A stretch of DNA of 63,741 bases, counting the filler, from Dirinaria sp. TL-2023a (lineage: Eukaryota), in the NCBI GenBank assembly GCA_051941275.1. It is 11 parts of 11 records of this genome, joined end to end, with 100 filler letters (N's around TTAATTAATTAA, not from the genome) between each part and the next. Parts side by side here need not be neighbours in the genome. Positions count along the whole stretch, not along the records: positions 34,897 to 40,593 come from JAVEBF010001606.1; positions 40,694 to 46,385 come from JAVEBF010001607.1; positions 46,486 to 52,171 come from JAVEBF010001608.1; 8 more parts are not named here. One strand, written 5' to 3'. Numbering within the stretch: the first letter of the stretch is position 1; each line of letters opens with the position of its first letter. A program made the translations under genes and the position numbers. Under the pieces are notes generated by a model. It was not told the origin of the DNA, did not search any database, and saw only the letters and a program-made list of their open reading frames with translations. This document shows positions 37,879 through 50,386 of this stretch, piece after piece.

Positions 37879-39088
37879 ATGAGGTACCTGCTCGCAGTAG
37901 GCGCTTGCTATCTTGATACCATATTAAAGTGAGGAATGCGTCGCAGTGCTCACCATGTGCTAACTGATCCTTGCAGCGTTGACCATTATCCTGCAGAAGA
38001 CGAGAAATTGCGCGCATCTAGCATTATCAGGCGCCGTGGCGGGAACTGCCCGAATGCCCTGGAAGTGCTTCAGCAGCTATTCGACTCGGACCATGTCTCC
38101 GGGATTTCTCTAGCATTGTGTGTAGTATTGCCGTCACGGTCATCACCAGGATATCAGGAACTTAGATCTTCGTTCAACCCCTCCACTGATCTGACGCATT
38201 GCATATGCCGTGAAGACAGTCATGAGCCTGCGTCTAGCTATATCATCAGGAGCCGTGCGGCGGATAGTAGAACCATTGTCAATTACAATGGCTTGCGGGA
38301 GATGACTGGCGAAGAATTTGTATCTGTTGCGGAAATATTGGGGGGAAACTTGGGCTGGTGCCATTTTGAGGTGAGAAGCAGTCCATTCTTACAATTTTCT
38401 GCTAAATTGCACCCGTATCTCTTAGGGACGGATACCGGACATCACTCTGATGTCGATGCAGCATCTTCGCCAATACCAAACCACTGTCAAGATCAGTGTT
38501 GAGGTGGAAAAGCCTGGCAGAGAAGGGCTTCAAGAATTGGCTGCACTTGCAGATGTAGTATTCTACTCTAAAAGTTGGGCTCAGGTGCGCTGTTCAACGC
38601 CTTCAAGCGTTCAAGGAAATTTATGAGACCCAGGGTAACGGCTATAAATCGTCCGAAGAGTGTCTACGGGCTCAGGCAACGTTAACGTCTAATGCGTAAG
38701 CTTAGATTTCTTTCGATTTTCCTCCCACCATTGTGTTAAGCCAGATTCAGGTCATTGTTGCTCTGCACATGGGGCGAGTGGGGAGTCTCCGCTCTGGAAT
38801 TACCCAGCCAGAAATACACAGAGTGTCCAGCCTTCAAAATAGAAGGGACCAAAACCGTTGAGTAGGTCTCGCTCGTCGTCTGGTGTGAGGCTATCATCAG
38901 TACTGATATTGAGCAGCACGGTTGGCGCAGGTGATACTTTCATCGCTGGCATGCTGTTCACTCTCACGTGCCATTTGGAAGACTGGCCCTTGGATCGCAA
39001 ATTGAGATTTGCAAATGAGCTTGCAGGTCGTAAAGTCGTGCAGGAGGGCCTTCGTGGTCTTGGAAGCCTCATGCTGCATTCCCTCTGA
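37879..39088 (+). CDS. PfkB-family carbohydrate kinase (ketohexokinase-like)
   Basis: Six exons reconstructed. VGACYLDTIL, RRGGNCPN, HFE/GR, SVEVEKP, and the PfkB signature DTVGAGDTFIAG. Confidence 0.9.
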
Positions 39089-39199
39089 GCATTTTTGTGG
39101 CTATCGATGCTCCGGTACGTGTCATAGTATCTCGCATCTTCTAGAGACGGAATTGAAGGGGGTCCAAGTGCCTGGAGTAGTTACAAGCCTTACAGCTTC

Positions 39200-40593
39200 G
39201 AACAGAAAGCGACGGGTTTTTTGTTCAATGGCGTGGGCTGCTGAATGTCTACATCTCCAGTCAGATACTCTCGTTCTCCTAAGGCGCCGCAAAGACCCTG
39301 ACCTGTTTCGTTGGTTTTCACATGGACTAGAAGTCTGAAGATGCTCTACATAGAGAGGATCAGACATCCTGTTTCTTGAGTGGCAAGGCGCAATCGAACT
39401 GAGCAATTGCCCTTTGCGTCGCATAGCCTGTGACCTCCAGTGTGACCCCGCTGCATGAAGACTCGGTTAGGCTTGCTGTGAAACATGGTGAGGCTACAAT
39501 CTTCACGGTACCTTCCACCCTTGTCATCTATAAGAGGATCTGATTGGATGAAAGGGGGGGCAATCCTCAATCGGTGTGCATCTTGGGTGCATGAAATGTG
39601 CCTAGAAACTTGACCAGTACAGACGAACACAAACTACCAGGTGATTCTGACACGACTTCCGATTATTGGGATATATACATAATTACCAAAGCCTACTCCT
39701 ACTTCAAAAACTACTACTATGATAAGTGCGCCTTGCAAGGCGATCGACACCGAGCTTGATATTGAAACGAGGTAGCGGGCTGCGTCCATGGGCAAACGAT
39801 ATCATACGTGCGGTTGGCCGTTTTGGGATAAAAACCATGGAGAACCCGGCCTCCATTCACAAACACGTCGTACCATTTTGCCCCGAGGAATCCATCATAA
39901 GCAGGTCCTTCGGCTCTACAAGTCTCCCAGCGTTTTCAGTATTGGGAGTAAATTCAAAAAAAATGGGATGACTGCCTCGCGAGAATGACGATGGGCGAAG
40001 ATCAAACAGCGTCCAAAGATATTTGTGAGGATAAACTGTCAACCTTGTCGGCATCAATGGCATTCTCATTGTATGGTCTTCGGAGACTTTGCGAGGAGAT
40101 TAGGAGGTTCACTCACGGCGAATATTTTGCATATATGACTAGTAGTAGTGCATCAAATCTCGTGGCAACAGCTGGCTTCAAGACAACACGAGTATGGGAT
40201 GTGACTGCGGGCGACGAGTGTTATCACTCGCTCAAAGGTCGTCAACGCCACACAAGGACGCTTGGATTCGGACATGGAGATGATGAGATATTTGTCGGCT
40301 ACGATGGCTGTCTCATACAGTGTTTCGACTTAGGGAATGCACAAGGAAAACGGCAATTCTTAGCCAAAGAGCCTGACTCGGAGGACCGTAATTGTGCTCG
40401 ATACATGGCAATTAGTCCAGACTGAACACATGTTGCTCTGGTGTTCCGTGGAAAGCCTGTGGTCGTGTGGAGCATTAAGCGCTTATCCACAGCTTTTGTC
40501 CCACCGAGGCAATGCATCCTCAAGGAACATAATATGCGGTCAGCTCGAGAAGGAGACGCCTGGAATGCTCCTGAGGTAGCGCTGTGGCAACCG
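39200..40593 (+). pseudogene. Degenerate C-terminal (WD40) part of a fungal NACHT-WD40 NLR-like gene
   Basis: WANDIIRAVGRFG...NPASIHK.V.PFCPEESI, WDDCLARM and WD-like TRVWDV and AISPD. Frameshift in the A-run 39956-39963, TGA at 40423 inside SPD*THVALVFRGKP, no intact upstream NACHT domain, truncated by the contig end. Confidence 0.7.
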
Positions 40594-40693
40594 NNNNNNN
40601 NNNNNNNNNNNNNNNNNNNNNNNNNNNNNNNNNNNNNTTAATTAATTAANNNNNNNNNNNNNNNNNNNNNNNNNNNNNNNNNNNNNNNNNNNN
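40594..40693. other. Artificial 100-nt contig spacer
   Basis: Same linker. Confidence 0.99.
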
Positions 40694-41065
40694 AGCGTAG
40701 GCTTTTCCCCCTGATGGCGGTCGCGATATGTGTAATGTATGTGACTCTGGGTTCATAGCTGCGAGTGAGGATATAGATCTTTGTTTCTTAATGAGGGGAG
40801 GGATTGCTAGAATATGATATGATACGATACGAGATATAAAAGTGAATGCAGACGAGGAGCAAAGTATTAGAAGGTTAAATAAAAAGAAATGATTATGTTC
40901 GCGACTAGTACGACTACCTTACTTAAGCTGACTAACTTAAAAAAGAAAGGGCAAACAAAGGAAAGAGGGGGGGAAAAAAAAAACAAAAACTTTCGAACAG
41001 CTCTGACGCCCCGAGCTGCTTCTAGTATATGCCCCCCCAACATAATCCACCGATAAACCTCAAAT

Positions 41066-42273
41066 TCACCATTCCTCCTCGTCATCCCCATCACCACTCT
41101 CGGTACTATCGCTGCTATGGCTCGAATACTCTTCGTCGAAATCCCTCTCATCTCTCGGATCGACCTGCTGATTCTCTCCCTCATCCGCATCTCCATCACG
41201 GTGCTCGTACTTCCTACAGAGCCGCTTCGCAAACTTCCTCTTCGCCTCGTCCGACAGGGTTTCGGTGGTGAACTTGACGCGGATCTTCTTGAGGGTGGAG
41301 ATAACCTCAAGAGCGGAAAAGACGTCCCTGGCGAGGAATCTCCTCGGCTTGAGGTGTCTATCACGGAGTCTGCCGCGGACGAGGACGTTGAGGCGCTCGA
41401 CGTGGCTGTTCTGGAGTGCGTAGCAGAGCTCCGGGAAATCGGACTGGTCGAAACAGGCGTCCCGGGCGTTCATCTCGACCGTGATGGTCGTGATCAGGGC
41501 CAAGAACACCGGCTGGAGGGGGAGGCTGAAGAAGTCGACGCCGTGGAAGGGGGCTTGGAAGGAGAGCTTGTTCATCTTGAGCGGGAGTAGCTTCGCTTCC
41601 TCGTAGATTTGGCGGTTGACGAGGAGGATGCTCTTGTGGATTGCTCCCATGTGGTAGGTCGATCGGACCCTCTTGTCTGGGATCTCGGGAAGGCTGGGAC
41701 AGAGTCTGGTTTAGTATCTGCTCGGTTCTGAATCGGGCATAGGATACTTACAATAGGTATTTGTACACCATATTCCGCATCTCCACAGGCAAATCCATAA
41801 AGCGGAAGCTCTGTAAGGTACCGATGTCAGCGTATCGTCTCGAGGATAGCAATGAAGATAGAATTCAGGGCGTGGGAACAAGTAGGCATGGCTGAGTTAG
41901 CTGAACTCACCTCGATCTTTTCCGACCCCTTCTGGCCAATTGGGACCCATTGCTTCCCGTCACGGGAAAGCATCTTATTGTTATGGGTCTTTTGGATGAG
42001 CATATGGCAGGTGCAGGTGCACTCTTCGTCTAAGCAGTCGTCCAGCTGGATAGGCCAATACACTTCGTGATCGATGACCGTATTTCTCCTCTTGTCATAG
42101 ACGAAACATGTGTAACATCTATCTTTGTTGCTGCATAGGCCCGAACACGAAGTACCACAATGGTAGCAGTTCGCATGGACGCCATATGCGTCAAGAGCGT
42201 CTTTCATATAGCCCCGGAACTCATGAAAGTACTCCAGTTTGAAGCGCTTGTCAATACTCACCTGATCCGCCAT
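41066..42273 (-). CDS. Hypothetical protein: Cys-rich N-terminal domain, F-box-like/DUF7730-type domain and acidic tail
   Basis: Introns 41811-41910 and 41706-41751 flank a small exon SFRFMDLPVEMRNMVYKYLL, followed by SILLVNRQIYEEA...NKLSF. All phases are consistent. Confidence 0.75.
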
Positions 42274-42999
42274 CGCGTCAAGGAGCTTTGAGAGAAAGAT
42301 GGAGGTTTGCTTGATGTGATTTAGGATGTATAAATTGAAGTCAGCACGTTGCAACAGGCTGCTGATAGCAGATTCGTACTGAAGCAGGCGACCGAGAATA
42401 AAAACAAGAGGTAAGAAGTGATGTTTGTGGACATTGAAAAGTGAGGTGACGCGCCCAAAATATATAATCATAGTTAGCGTCGGGAATAAGCATTAAGCGA
42501 GGTCCGGGTGATAGAGCCATGTCTGCCTCTGTGCTTGGTAGCTCATTGGAGGATAAAGAGATACCTCGGAAGCTCTAGGCCAGAATAACACTTATAAGTG
42601 TTCAATCCCGAGGTAGACCATCTGCAGCCTCCTGATATCAAGCCGGGACCATAAGTATAGAAGTATATTTTTGAACCATGAGTGTCTTCTCACATCTTGC
42701 TCATGAGGGCCATGACCAAGGATGCTCTGGTCCACATTGGACATGGTACTGTTGTGTCTGGAGGTAGAACTGACGAGCCCCTAACCGCTAGGGTCTGAGA
42801 GTGAAGGGAAAGGAGTATAATATCTGACACCGAGATTGTGCGAAGGTTGATATAATATAAGCAATACAGTGCTTCTTGAAGAGAAAAACAGAGAGGGGAG
42901 AATTCGCTACATCATAGTATAGCTTGAGCTCTGGATGGATAGGAGACTTAAATATCTGCGCCGAACACCACGCTACAATCAAGGCAGGTCACGTTACGC

Positions 43000-44013
43000 T
43001 CAGGTTTGCTCCCTTGCCTTGGCACCGCTTGCTCGATGCCAAATATCAGCACTCCATCTGATCATCCGCTCTGTTGCCGCAGTCGGACCATCGACCGCGG
43101 GCCTGACATCCAAATAGAAGACAGGCTCTCCGGTTGGCTCTGGTGGGCCTGAGTAATAATCGATCACATATCGTACTTCTCGTGTTTGCGCTTGCGGCAT
43201 TTGCCGTTCCACGTACCAGTCGTGACGGTCAAATGGCGGCTCTCCACTGGGATCATTAGCCAAGGCTACCGGGAATCGTGGACTGTACGAACCCAAATTT
43301 GGCCGGATATATCCAACCTAATATGCCGAGCATCCTCGCTTTTGGCGTGACATCACCTGGTCGCCCTTGGAATCTCAGAAGCTTTGGGTCTGGCAGCCTT
43401 TCTGTCTTCGATATTCGGTTTTCAAAGCCCTCTTCTCCCCTCGAACAGGCTTGCCAACCATGAGTAAGGCCTCGACTGAACCTCTGTTCCCAGCCTACAA
43501 TCTCGGCCCAAGCTCCTTCGTTCAAAAAATTATGGACGGCAACCATTGACTCTACTGCATCCTGCGGGGTATCGTCATAGCCTTTGCGTAACATTGCGTT
43601 GTACATCTGCTGCGGCGACGGGTATTCCCAATTGCTCTCAGCATCACCGCGTGGTATTGATGACATCTCCCGCTCGGTGGGAAGGTGTATTGTCTGATGT
43701 TTGGCCCGCTCTTGTGACAAGCTGGACGGCATATAATTCAGGGGATTGAGTTTGGAAACATAAGACGGCTTTGATGAGGGATTTTTTAAAGGAGTATTCG
43801 GCGACTGGACAGGACACGACCCATCCCGGGGTGGCGATCGCAAATTTTGAGGGGGATACGAGACCGAGGCGGACTTATGCATGGGACATCCCGGCTGCGA
43901 GTCGGGTCAACAAGACATCCTACTCAGCCTCAGAGACGACGCACCGGTGGGGTAACATTTGAAGATGATATGGGATGAGCGGGAGGAGAGGTGTCCGCCC
44001 AAAACCAGCCCAT
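43000..44013 (-). CDS. CYC3: Holocytochrome c synthase (cytochrome c heme lyase)
   Basis: MGWFWAD start, CPM/CPV heme-regulatory motifs, [36 protein letters not shown]. Introns 43895-43944 and 43247-43292. Confidence 0.93.
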
Positions 44014-44410
44014 ACTGCTGGCTTGATGAGCGAAGAGTTTGGAGGTGAGGGTAGGTGTTGGTCGAGGCGGGGGAAAAAAGGAAGGAAATTAAGAGAGTAC
44101 TGAGGTAGAGAAGATTACTTGACAGGATAAATGAATGTTGAATTAACTACCTCACCTCATGTTATGTCTACTTCACATGGTCTCAATACTTAAAGTAATA
44201 ATGTTGTCCGCTTGGCATACTCTCGGCATTCCCCGGCGACATTTCGGCGCAATCTCGGCACGAATGACGTTGCGTTGCCTCGGTTGCTCCTCTGCTGTTA
44301 AAGATCAAGTATGCGCTCACTGCTACTCTTTCCCAACATCCCTTCAGGATCGGCTTGGTCAACCACTGGTTGAGAATCATGACACTACCTATTCAATCCT
44401 CTAACATAAG

Positions 44411-46385
44411 ATGAGAACGGCCTTCCTCCTTGGCCGAACATGCGCTCGACACTCCCAACGTCGATGGGCATCCTTCGGCTATCATGGACGGCCATTCCTC
44501 GCTACCTCGAGATGGGCACGACCCCGACCTCCTCCAGGCCAATCACCGAAACCTAAGAAACTTATACTCAGCCTGCTCACACCTGCTGCATTCGTACAGC
44601 TAAGTGAGGAGGACAATGGCGACGGGAAGACACCTGAAGAGCACATGCTGGAGGCATCAAGGGCGGAGATTGAAAAGAGCGTGCCGGATAGCGTGCATGG
44701 GTTGAGGAGAGCGTGGGAGAGTTTCCACTACGTAATCGACACGTGTGTCTGGGAACCTCTGGCTACAGGCTTTCGGTTCCTGCACTTGGTCATCATATTC
44801 GTCCCGGTCATAACGGCACTGCCAATCGTCTGGTTCGGACGACGAAGGAAAGACAGAGGGGACGAACGAAGTGGTACTCTGTGGTGGTATTCGTTCCTCG
44901 TGCACTCGATGGAAAAGGCTGGTCCCGCATTCATCAAGGTACATTTCCACCTCCAAAATCCCACTTGACCGTCCAACTGAGAAGTCCCAAAGCTAGGTCA
45001 ATGGGCGGCCTCCCGTACCGATATATTTCCTCAGGAGATGTGCAATACCATGTCTTGCCTGCACTCGAACGCCCCCGCGCACTCCCTCCATGCTACAAAA
45101 CGAATCATCGAATCCGCTTTCAACAACCGCCCGTTCTCCACCATCTTCGAAGAGTTCCAAGAAAAGCCCCTCGGCGTCGGCGCCATAGCCCAAGTCTATA
45201 AAGCGAAGCTAGCACCCGACCTCGTCGCGGAAGGCGATCCTGACATTGAACCGTCTACGCCAAACATGCGGCAACGTGTGCGCAAAAACGTCGACGTACT
45301 AGTCAAATCGACCCCATCACGGCACCCATCCAGCTACGTAGCAATCAAAGTTCTGCACCCGAAAGTCGAACGCCTGGTGCGGCGGGACCTACGGATCATG
45401 GGTTTCTTCGCAGCGACCATTAATGCAATCCCCACCATGGAATGGCTCTCGCTGCCAGACGAAGTCGCTCAATTCGGAGAAATGATGCGGCTGCAGCTTG
45501 ATCTCCGGATCGAAGCGGCCAACCTGACCATGTTCCGGCGGAAATTCAAAGACCGCACCACAGCCTGGTTCCCGTACCCATACACGGAGCACACGACGCG
45601 GCAGGTGCTGATCGAAGAATTCGCGCAGGGGATTCCGCTAGCCGCCTTCCTCGAGGACGGCGGGGGTGTATTCCAACAGGAGATCGCGGACGAGGGCCTC
45701 GACGCCTTCCTGCACATGCTGCTGATCGACAACTTCGTGCACGCCGACCTGCACCCAGGGAACATCATGGTGCGCTTCTACAAGCCGGAACCACTCAACC
45801 TCGCCCTCGGACGCCACAAACCCTCCAGCAACCCCACCCACTCCACAGACGTAACGGAAGAAGTCCTCTCGCAGCTCCGCCCTCACAGGCACCACCCGGA
45901 AGCATGGCGCGCGCAGCTCTCCCGAATCGACGCCGAAGGCTACCGCCCACAACTGATCTTCATCGACACCGGCCTTGTGACGGCGCTGAACGCAACCAAC
46001 CGCACGAATTTCCTGGACCTGTTCAAAGCCGTGGCCGAATTCGACGGGTACCGCGCAGGGCAGCTGATGGTATCGCGGTGCCGCTCCCCAGACTCGGTCA
46101 TCGACCCGGAAATCTTCGCTCTCAAAATGCAACACCTCGTCCTGTCCGTCAAATCCGCCACCTTCGCGTTGGGGAACATCAAGATCGGGGACATCCTCAA
46201 CCAAGTGCTGGGCATGGTGCGCGCGCACCACGTGCGCATGGAAGGCGATTTCGTCAACGTCGTCATCTCCATACTGTTGCTGGAGGGAATAGGCCGGAGC
46301 CTGGACCCCAATCTGGACCTGTTCAAGAGCGCGCTGCCGATTCTTAGGCAGCTGGGCAGCGGGGGCGGAGCAGGAGGCGGGGGAT
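44411..46385 (+). CDS. Mitochondrial ABC1/UbiB/ADCK atypical kinase (Cqd1/YPL109C, ADCK2-like), 3' end truncated
   Basis: Arg-rich presequence, GPAFIK/LGQWAASRTD across intron 44939-44992, GAIAQVY, VAIKVLHP, HADLHPGN, IDTGL. Runs into the spacer. Confidence 0.92.
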
Positions 46386-46485
46386 NNNNNNNNNNNNNNN
46401 NNNNNNNNNNNNNNNNNNNNNNNNNNNNNTTAATTAATTAANNNNNNNNNNNNNNNNNNNNNNNNNNNNNNNNNNNNNNNNNNNN
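46386..46485. other. Artificial 100-nt contig spacer
   Basis: Same linker. Confidence 0.99.
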
Positions 46486-47191
46486 TTTAAATATCTGTAA
46501 GGAATGCAAGCGGCGAAGAGGGATATCGAGGTTGAAGACAGATCTCGGGAGAGGGTCCTGGGCGTGGACAGCTCGGTCTATATCCATGAAGACTAGCTCG
46601 AGAATGGGAAAAGTCGGTACGAACGCTCCATAGAAAATTATTCTGGGGTCGATCGGTATCGGAGGATACGGTTCATAGAAGTTTGATCGTAGCATCATAT
46701 TATAGAGATGTTTTGAGTCGAGATCCGTCGTTGATGATACTGAGACGAAAGAAAAGGGATTTATTTATCAGTGACTCAAGATTCTATTGAATGTACTTTT
46801 TTTCAAGGCTAGGCTGTAATACTTACCTTATATGCTCTACAAAAATATCTTCTACGTGCGATAGATTTTCGAAAAAGCTAGGTAGAGAATGTAGCTCTGC
46901 GCACGGATTACTGAGGCTGCTTGTCAAGATTCGATGATGTGGGGGTCAATAATCCAATAGCCATCGCTGGCTCAGGGATTAAGGTCGTAGAATTATGATC
47001 CAATGCTTGGAATAGAGATTCGGATAATTCCTTCTCGATGCACTAGTATTTTTTCGAGGAAGGGTTAATAAGATCAGGCACAATATTGTACAGTATACTA
47101 CAGCATACATACAGTATCCTGCCGGTCACAACGAGTGCTCGATGCAATCTCGAATGCGAAGCTTTTCCATATTTTCCATGTGGCTCTTCAG

Positions 47192-47351
47192 TACGAAGCA
47201 CACCTGGCTTGACCGGAGGGTGTTGTCAGTGGGATGTAATTTATCTCAGATTAGGTTCGATTCCTAGTGGCGCTGATACAATGGTGTAGTAGTGGTCAAG
47301 TCGTCATTCTTCGCTCGTTGATACAAAGCACACCTGGCTTGACCGGGGGGT
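47192..47351. repeat. 30-bp direct repeat pair flanking a tRNA T-arm/B-box-like hairpin
   Basis: TACRAAGCACACCTGGCTTGACCGGRGGGT at 47192-47221 and 47322-47351. Between them lies TTAGG-TTCGATT-CCTAG (47251-47267). Confidence 0.7.
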
Positions 47352-48895
47352 AAAGTGGCATTTATCTCTCTCTTTCTGCGCCACGTGAAAGTATCATAGC
47401 AGGTCAACCCTTTTCATGAGATAGAGTAGCAATCACCGAAAAGCCTCCGATATCTGCCAAAGCGGCACACACGGCAATTGTCAGGAAGCAACTTTCCCCT
47501 TTGGCCTATCGACGTGGTATCGTAAAAAAAATCCGCCACTTCAATACTTACCTCTGCCTTGAAATTATTGCCGCTGCCTGGGCAGATTTCACGATTTAGG
47601 TCTTGGCAGAAATGGTACAATCTCATTTTCTCAGCCAAGATCTCGGCCAAGACGGCTGCTACCATCCGCCCCCTGCAACGGCAGGATTTGACGGCCCAAA
47701 TCCCAACAAAAAAAAAAAGTTAGGCAGGCTGGTGGCTTTGCTTTCCCACCTCCCCCTGTCATCGGATCTAAGAGCCAGATCTGACGCGAGCATCGCCGAT
47801 GCCTAACGCCGCCACCTACCCGGCTTTTTGACGTTGCGCAAAATAGGAGCGACGGTAGGCTTCGAAAGTTGAAGGAACGAAGTTTAGGTAACTCCCGCTT
47901 ATCATTATTGTGTGGCGGATATGGCGGGAAGGAACAATGATAATGGGTGACAGGCAGGGGGGATGTGAAAAGAAGGCCGCTGGTTAGAGACCCTGCCTTG
48001 GACCCTTCGAGCTTGAGGCTAGAAGGACAGTAGTAAGGTAGCTCCGTCACTAGGGTCCGGGTTGTAATGCAAGTGTAGTGTCGATGATGATGATCGATGA
48101 TGACGAGCTGAGGTCTACTACCTTACTGAGCGGTGTGTTCCATTACTTGGCTGATGAGGCGATCCCGACCCTAAGGGACGAGTACGAGTGTCCTTGACGG
48201 AGTCGCCTATTCCCAGGGTCCAAGCACAGGCCCAGTTCCAGTACTGATACCTGAGCAAGGCCATCGATCACTGATCATTGATTGATTGATTCCGGTAGCC
48301 AATTGAACCTTAAGGTAGCCATCAGTGGGCGGGAGGATTCAGATCTGGCACACAAGAAAAAGGCGGCCTGAGTCTCGACGGAGAGACCGACGCGCCGATC
48401 GAATTGGGTAATGAATGTTCAGGTAATGCTAATGTGGCTGGTGCATGTGTCCCTGAACTAAACCGCGTTGGGGAAACCCAAGAAGTTCGGCAAGTGCAGG
48501 TCGCTTGGCTTGGCTGAGTTTAGTTCACCGCAGACGCAAGAAATTCCAGTGAAAGCGACACACAAACGAATCACTCTCTCCTTTCTTCCCTATTCCTCCT
48601 ATTCCTATTCCCCGGCCCTTCTCCTTGAATCACCCTACCCGGTTTCTTTTGGTGACATTCATGAGCCTGATTGCTAGGTACGAGACTCAGCGACGTGAAA
48701 TTGGTCCGTCAATGGCTGGCTGATTCAGTCGGGCTACAGAGCGTTCCTCAATTCCCAACAATAAAAGCCACCGCCCGAACGCATTGGGAACTTGCTTTGC
48801 GGGTCAACAGCAAGCCCCCAACGTCGTCCAATCTCCTCCACCTCGATCCTTCCCTCCTGCGATCACTGCTAAACCCTTTCGAACCATCGTCAACC

Positions 48896-50386
48896 ATGTC
48901 GTCGACCGCAATACCTCGTAGTCGAGTCCTGCAGAGAACGGTCGCACTCGACACCCCACCCTCTTCCGCGTCCAATTCCGCGTCGGTGTCGCCCGAGGAC
49001 ACGCCAAGACACTCCCCCTCGAGTACCTCGTTATCCTCCCTCGATTCGGACACCCTCCTCGACAAGGGCAATGGCAAGCTCGTCGACACCTACGGCAACG
49101 AGTTCGAGATCCCCGACTTCACCATCAAGCAGATCCGCGACGCTATACCCGCCCACTGCTTCGAGCGTTCCGCAATCCGTGGCTTGAGCTATGTCGCCCG
49201 CGATCTTGCCTCGCTCGCCGTCACATTCTGCCTTTTCTACCACTTTGTGACTCCGGAAAATGTCCCCTCCACTCCCGTTCGCGGTCTGCTGTGGGCTGTG
49301 TATACCTTTGTGCAAGGCTTGTTTGGTACCGGTCTCTGGGTTCTCTCTCATGAGTGCGGGCACCAATCTTTCTCCCCATCTAAAAAACTGAACGATACGG
49401 TTGGATGGATCTGCCATTCCGCGTTGCTGGTCCCTTATTTCTCCTGGAAAATCTCTCACGGTAAGCACCATAAAGCCACTGGCCACATTGAGCGCGATAT
49501 GGTCTTCGTGCCCAAGACTCGCAAAGAGTTCGCTTCCCAGCTAGGCTACTGTGCCCACCAATTGAGCGAGCTGATGGAAGAGACCCCAATCAAGACTGCC
49601 GTCGAGCTGGTTGGCCAGCAGCTTGTAGGGTGGTTGTTGTACTTGTCCACCAATATCACAGGTCATGATTTCCATGCCCGCCAACCGGAGGGTCGTGGTA
49701 GGGGTAAAGCGAACGGATGGTTCACTGGCGTCAATCATTTCAATCCCTCGAGTCCGCTGTATGAAGCCAAGGACGCTAAATTGGTCCTTCTGAGCGACCT
49801 CGGCCTTGCTATCACCGGCACTATTCTATTCGTGCTCGGGCAACAGTTTGGATGGGCCAACCTAGCCGTCTGGTATTTCGTGCCCTATTTGTGGGTAAAT
49901 CACTGGCTCGGTAGGCGCTGATTTCACTCAACAACTCTAAACGAGATGACTGATCGTGGACCCTTAGTGGCGATTACATACCTGCAGCACACCGACCCGT
50001 CACTGCCTCATTACACGCCGAGCAGCTGGACCTTCACTCGTGGTGCTGCTGCTACCATTGACCGGGAATTTGGCTTCATCGGTCGAACGTTGATGCACGG
50101 TATCGTTGAGACCCATGTCTTGCACCATTACGTCTCGACCATCCCTTTCTACCATGCTGACGAGGCTTCCGAGGCCATCAAGCCAATCATGGGTCGCCAT
50201 TACCGGAGCGACACCCAAGATGGGGCTTGGGGCTTTGTGAAGAGCCTGTGGAAAAGCGCGCGGTGGTGCAATTGGGTGGAACCCGTGGAGGGTGCTGAAG
50301 GTGAGGGACAGGGGGTCCTGTTCTTCCGTAACAGGAACGGGCTGGGTCTACCTCCGGCGAGCGTGGGGGAATGCAAGGAGACTTAA
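48896..50386 (+). CDS. FAD2: Delta-12 (oleate) fatty acid desaturase, OdeA-like
   Basis: His boxes HECGH, HGKHH, HVLHH; PDFTIKQIRDAIPAHCF; intron 49911-49967 within NHWL/VAITYLQHTD. Confidence 0.94.

Noticed and set aside
46486..46698. Minus-strand ORF fragment at the contig start
   Set aside because: Too short and truncated, with no recognisable motif.
48671..48895. 75-codon in-frame N-terminal extension of the desaturase from TTG
   Set aside because: Looks like a pyrimidine-rich 5' leader. ATG 48896 has good context (caaccATG) and gives a normal N-terminus.
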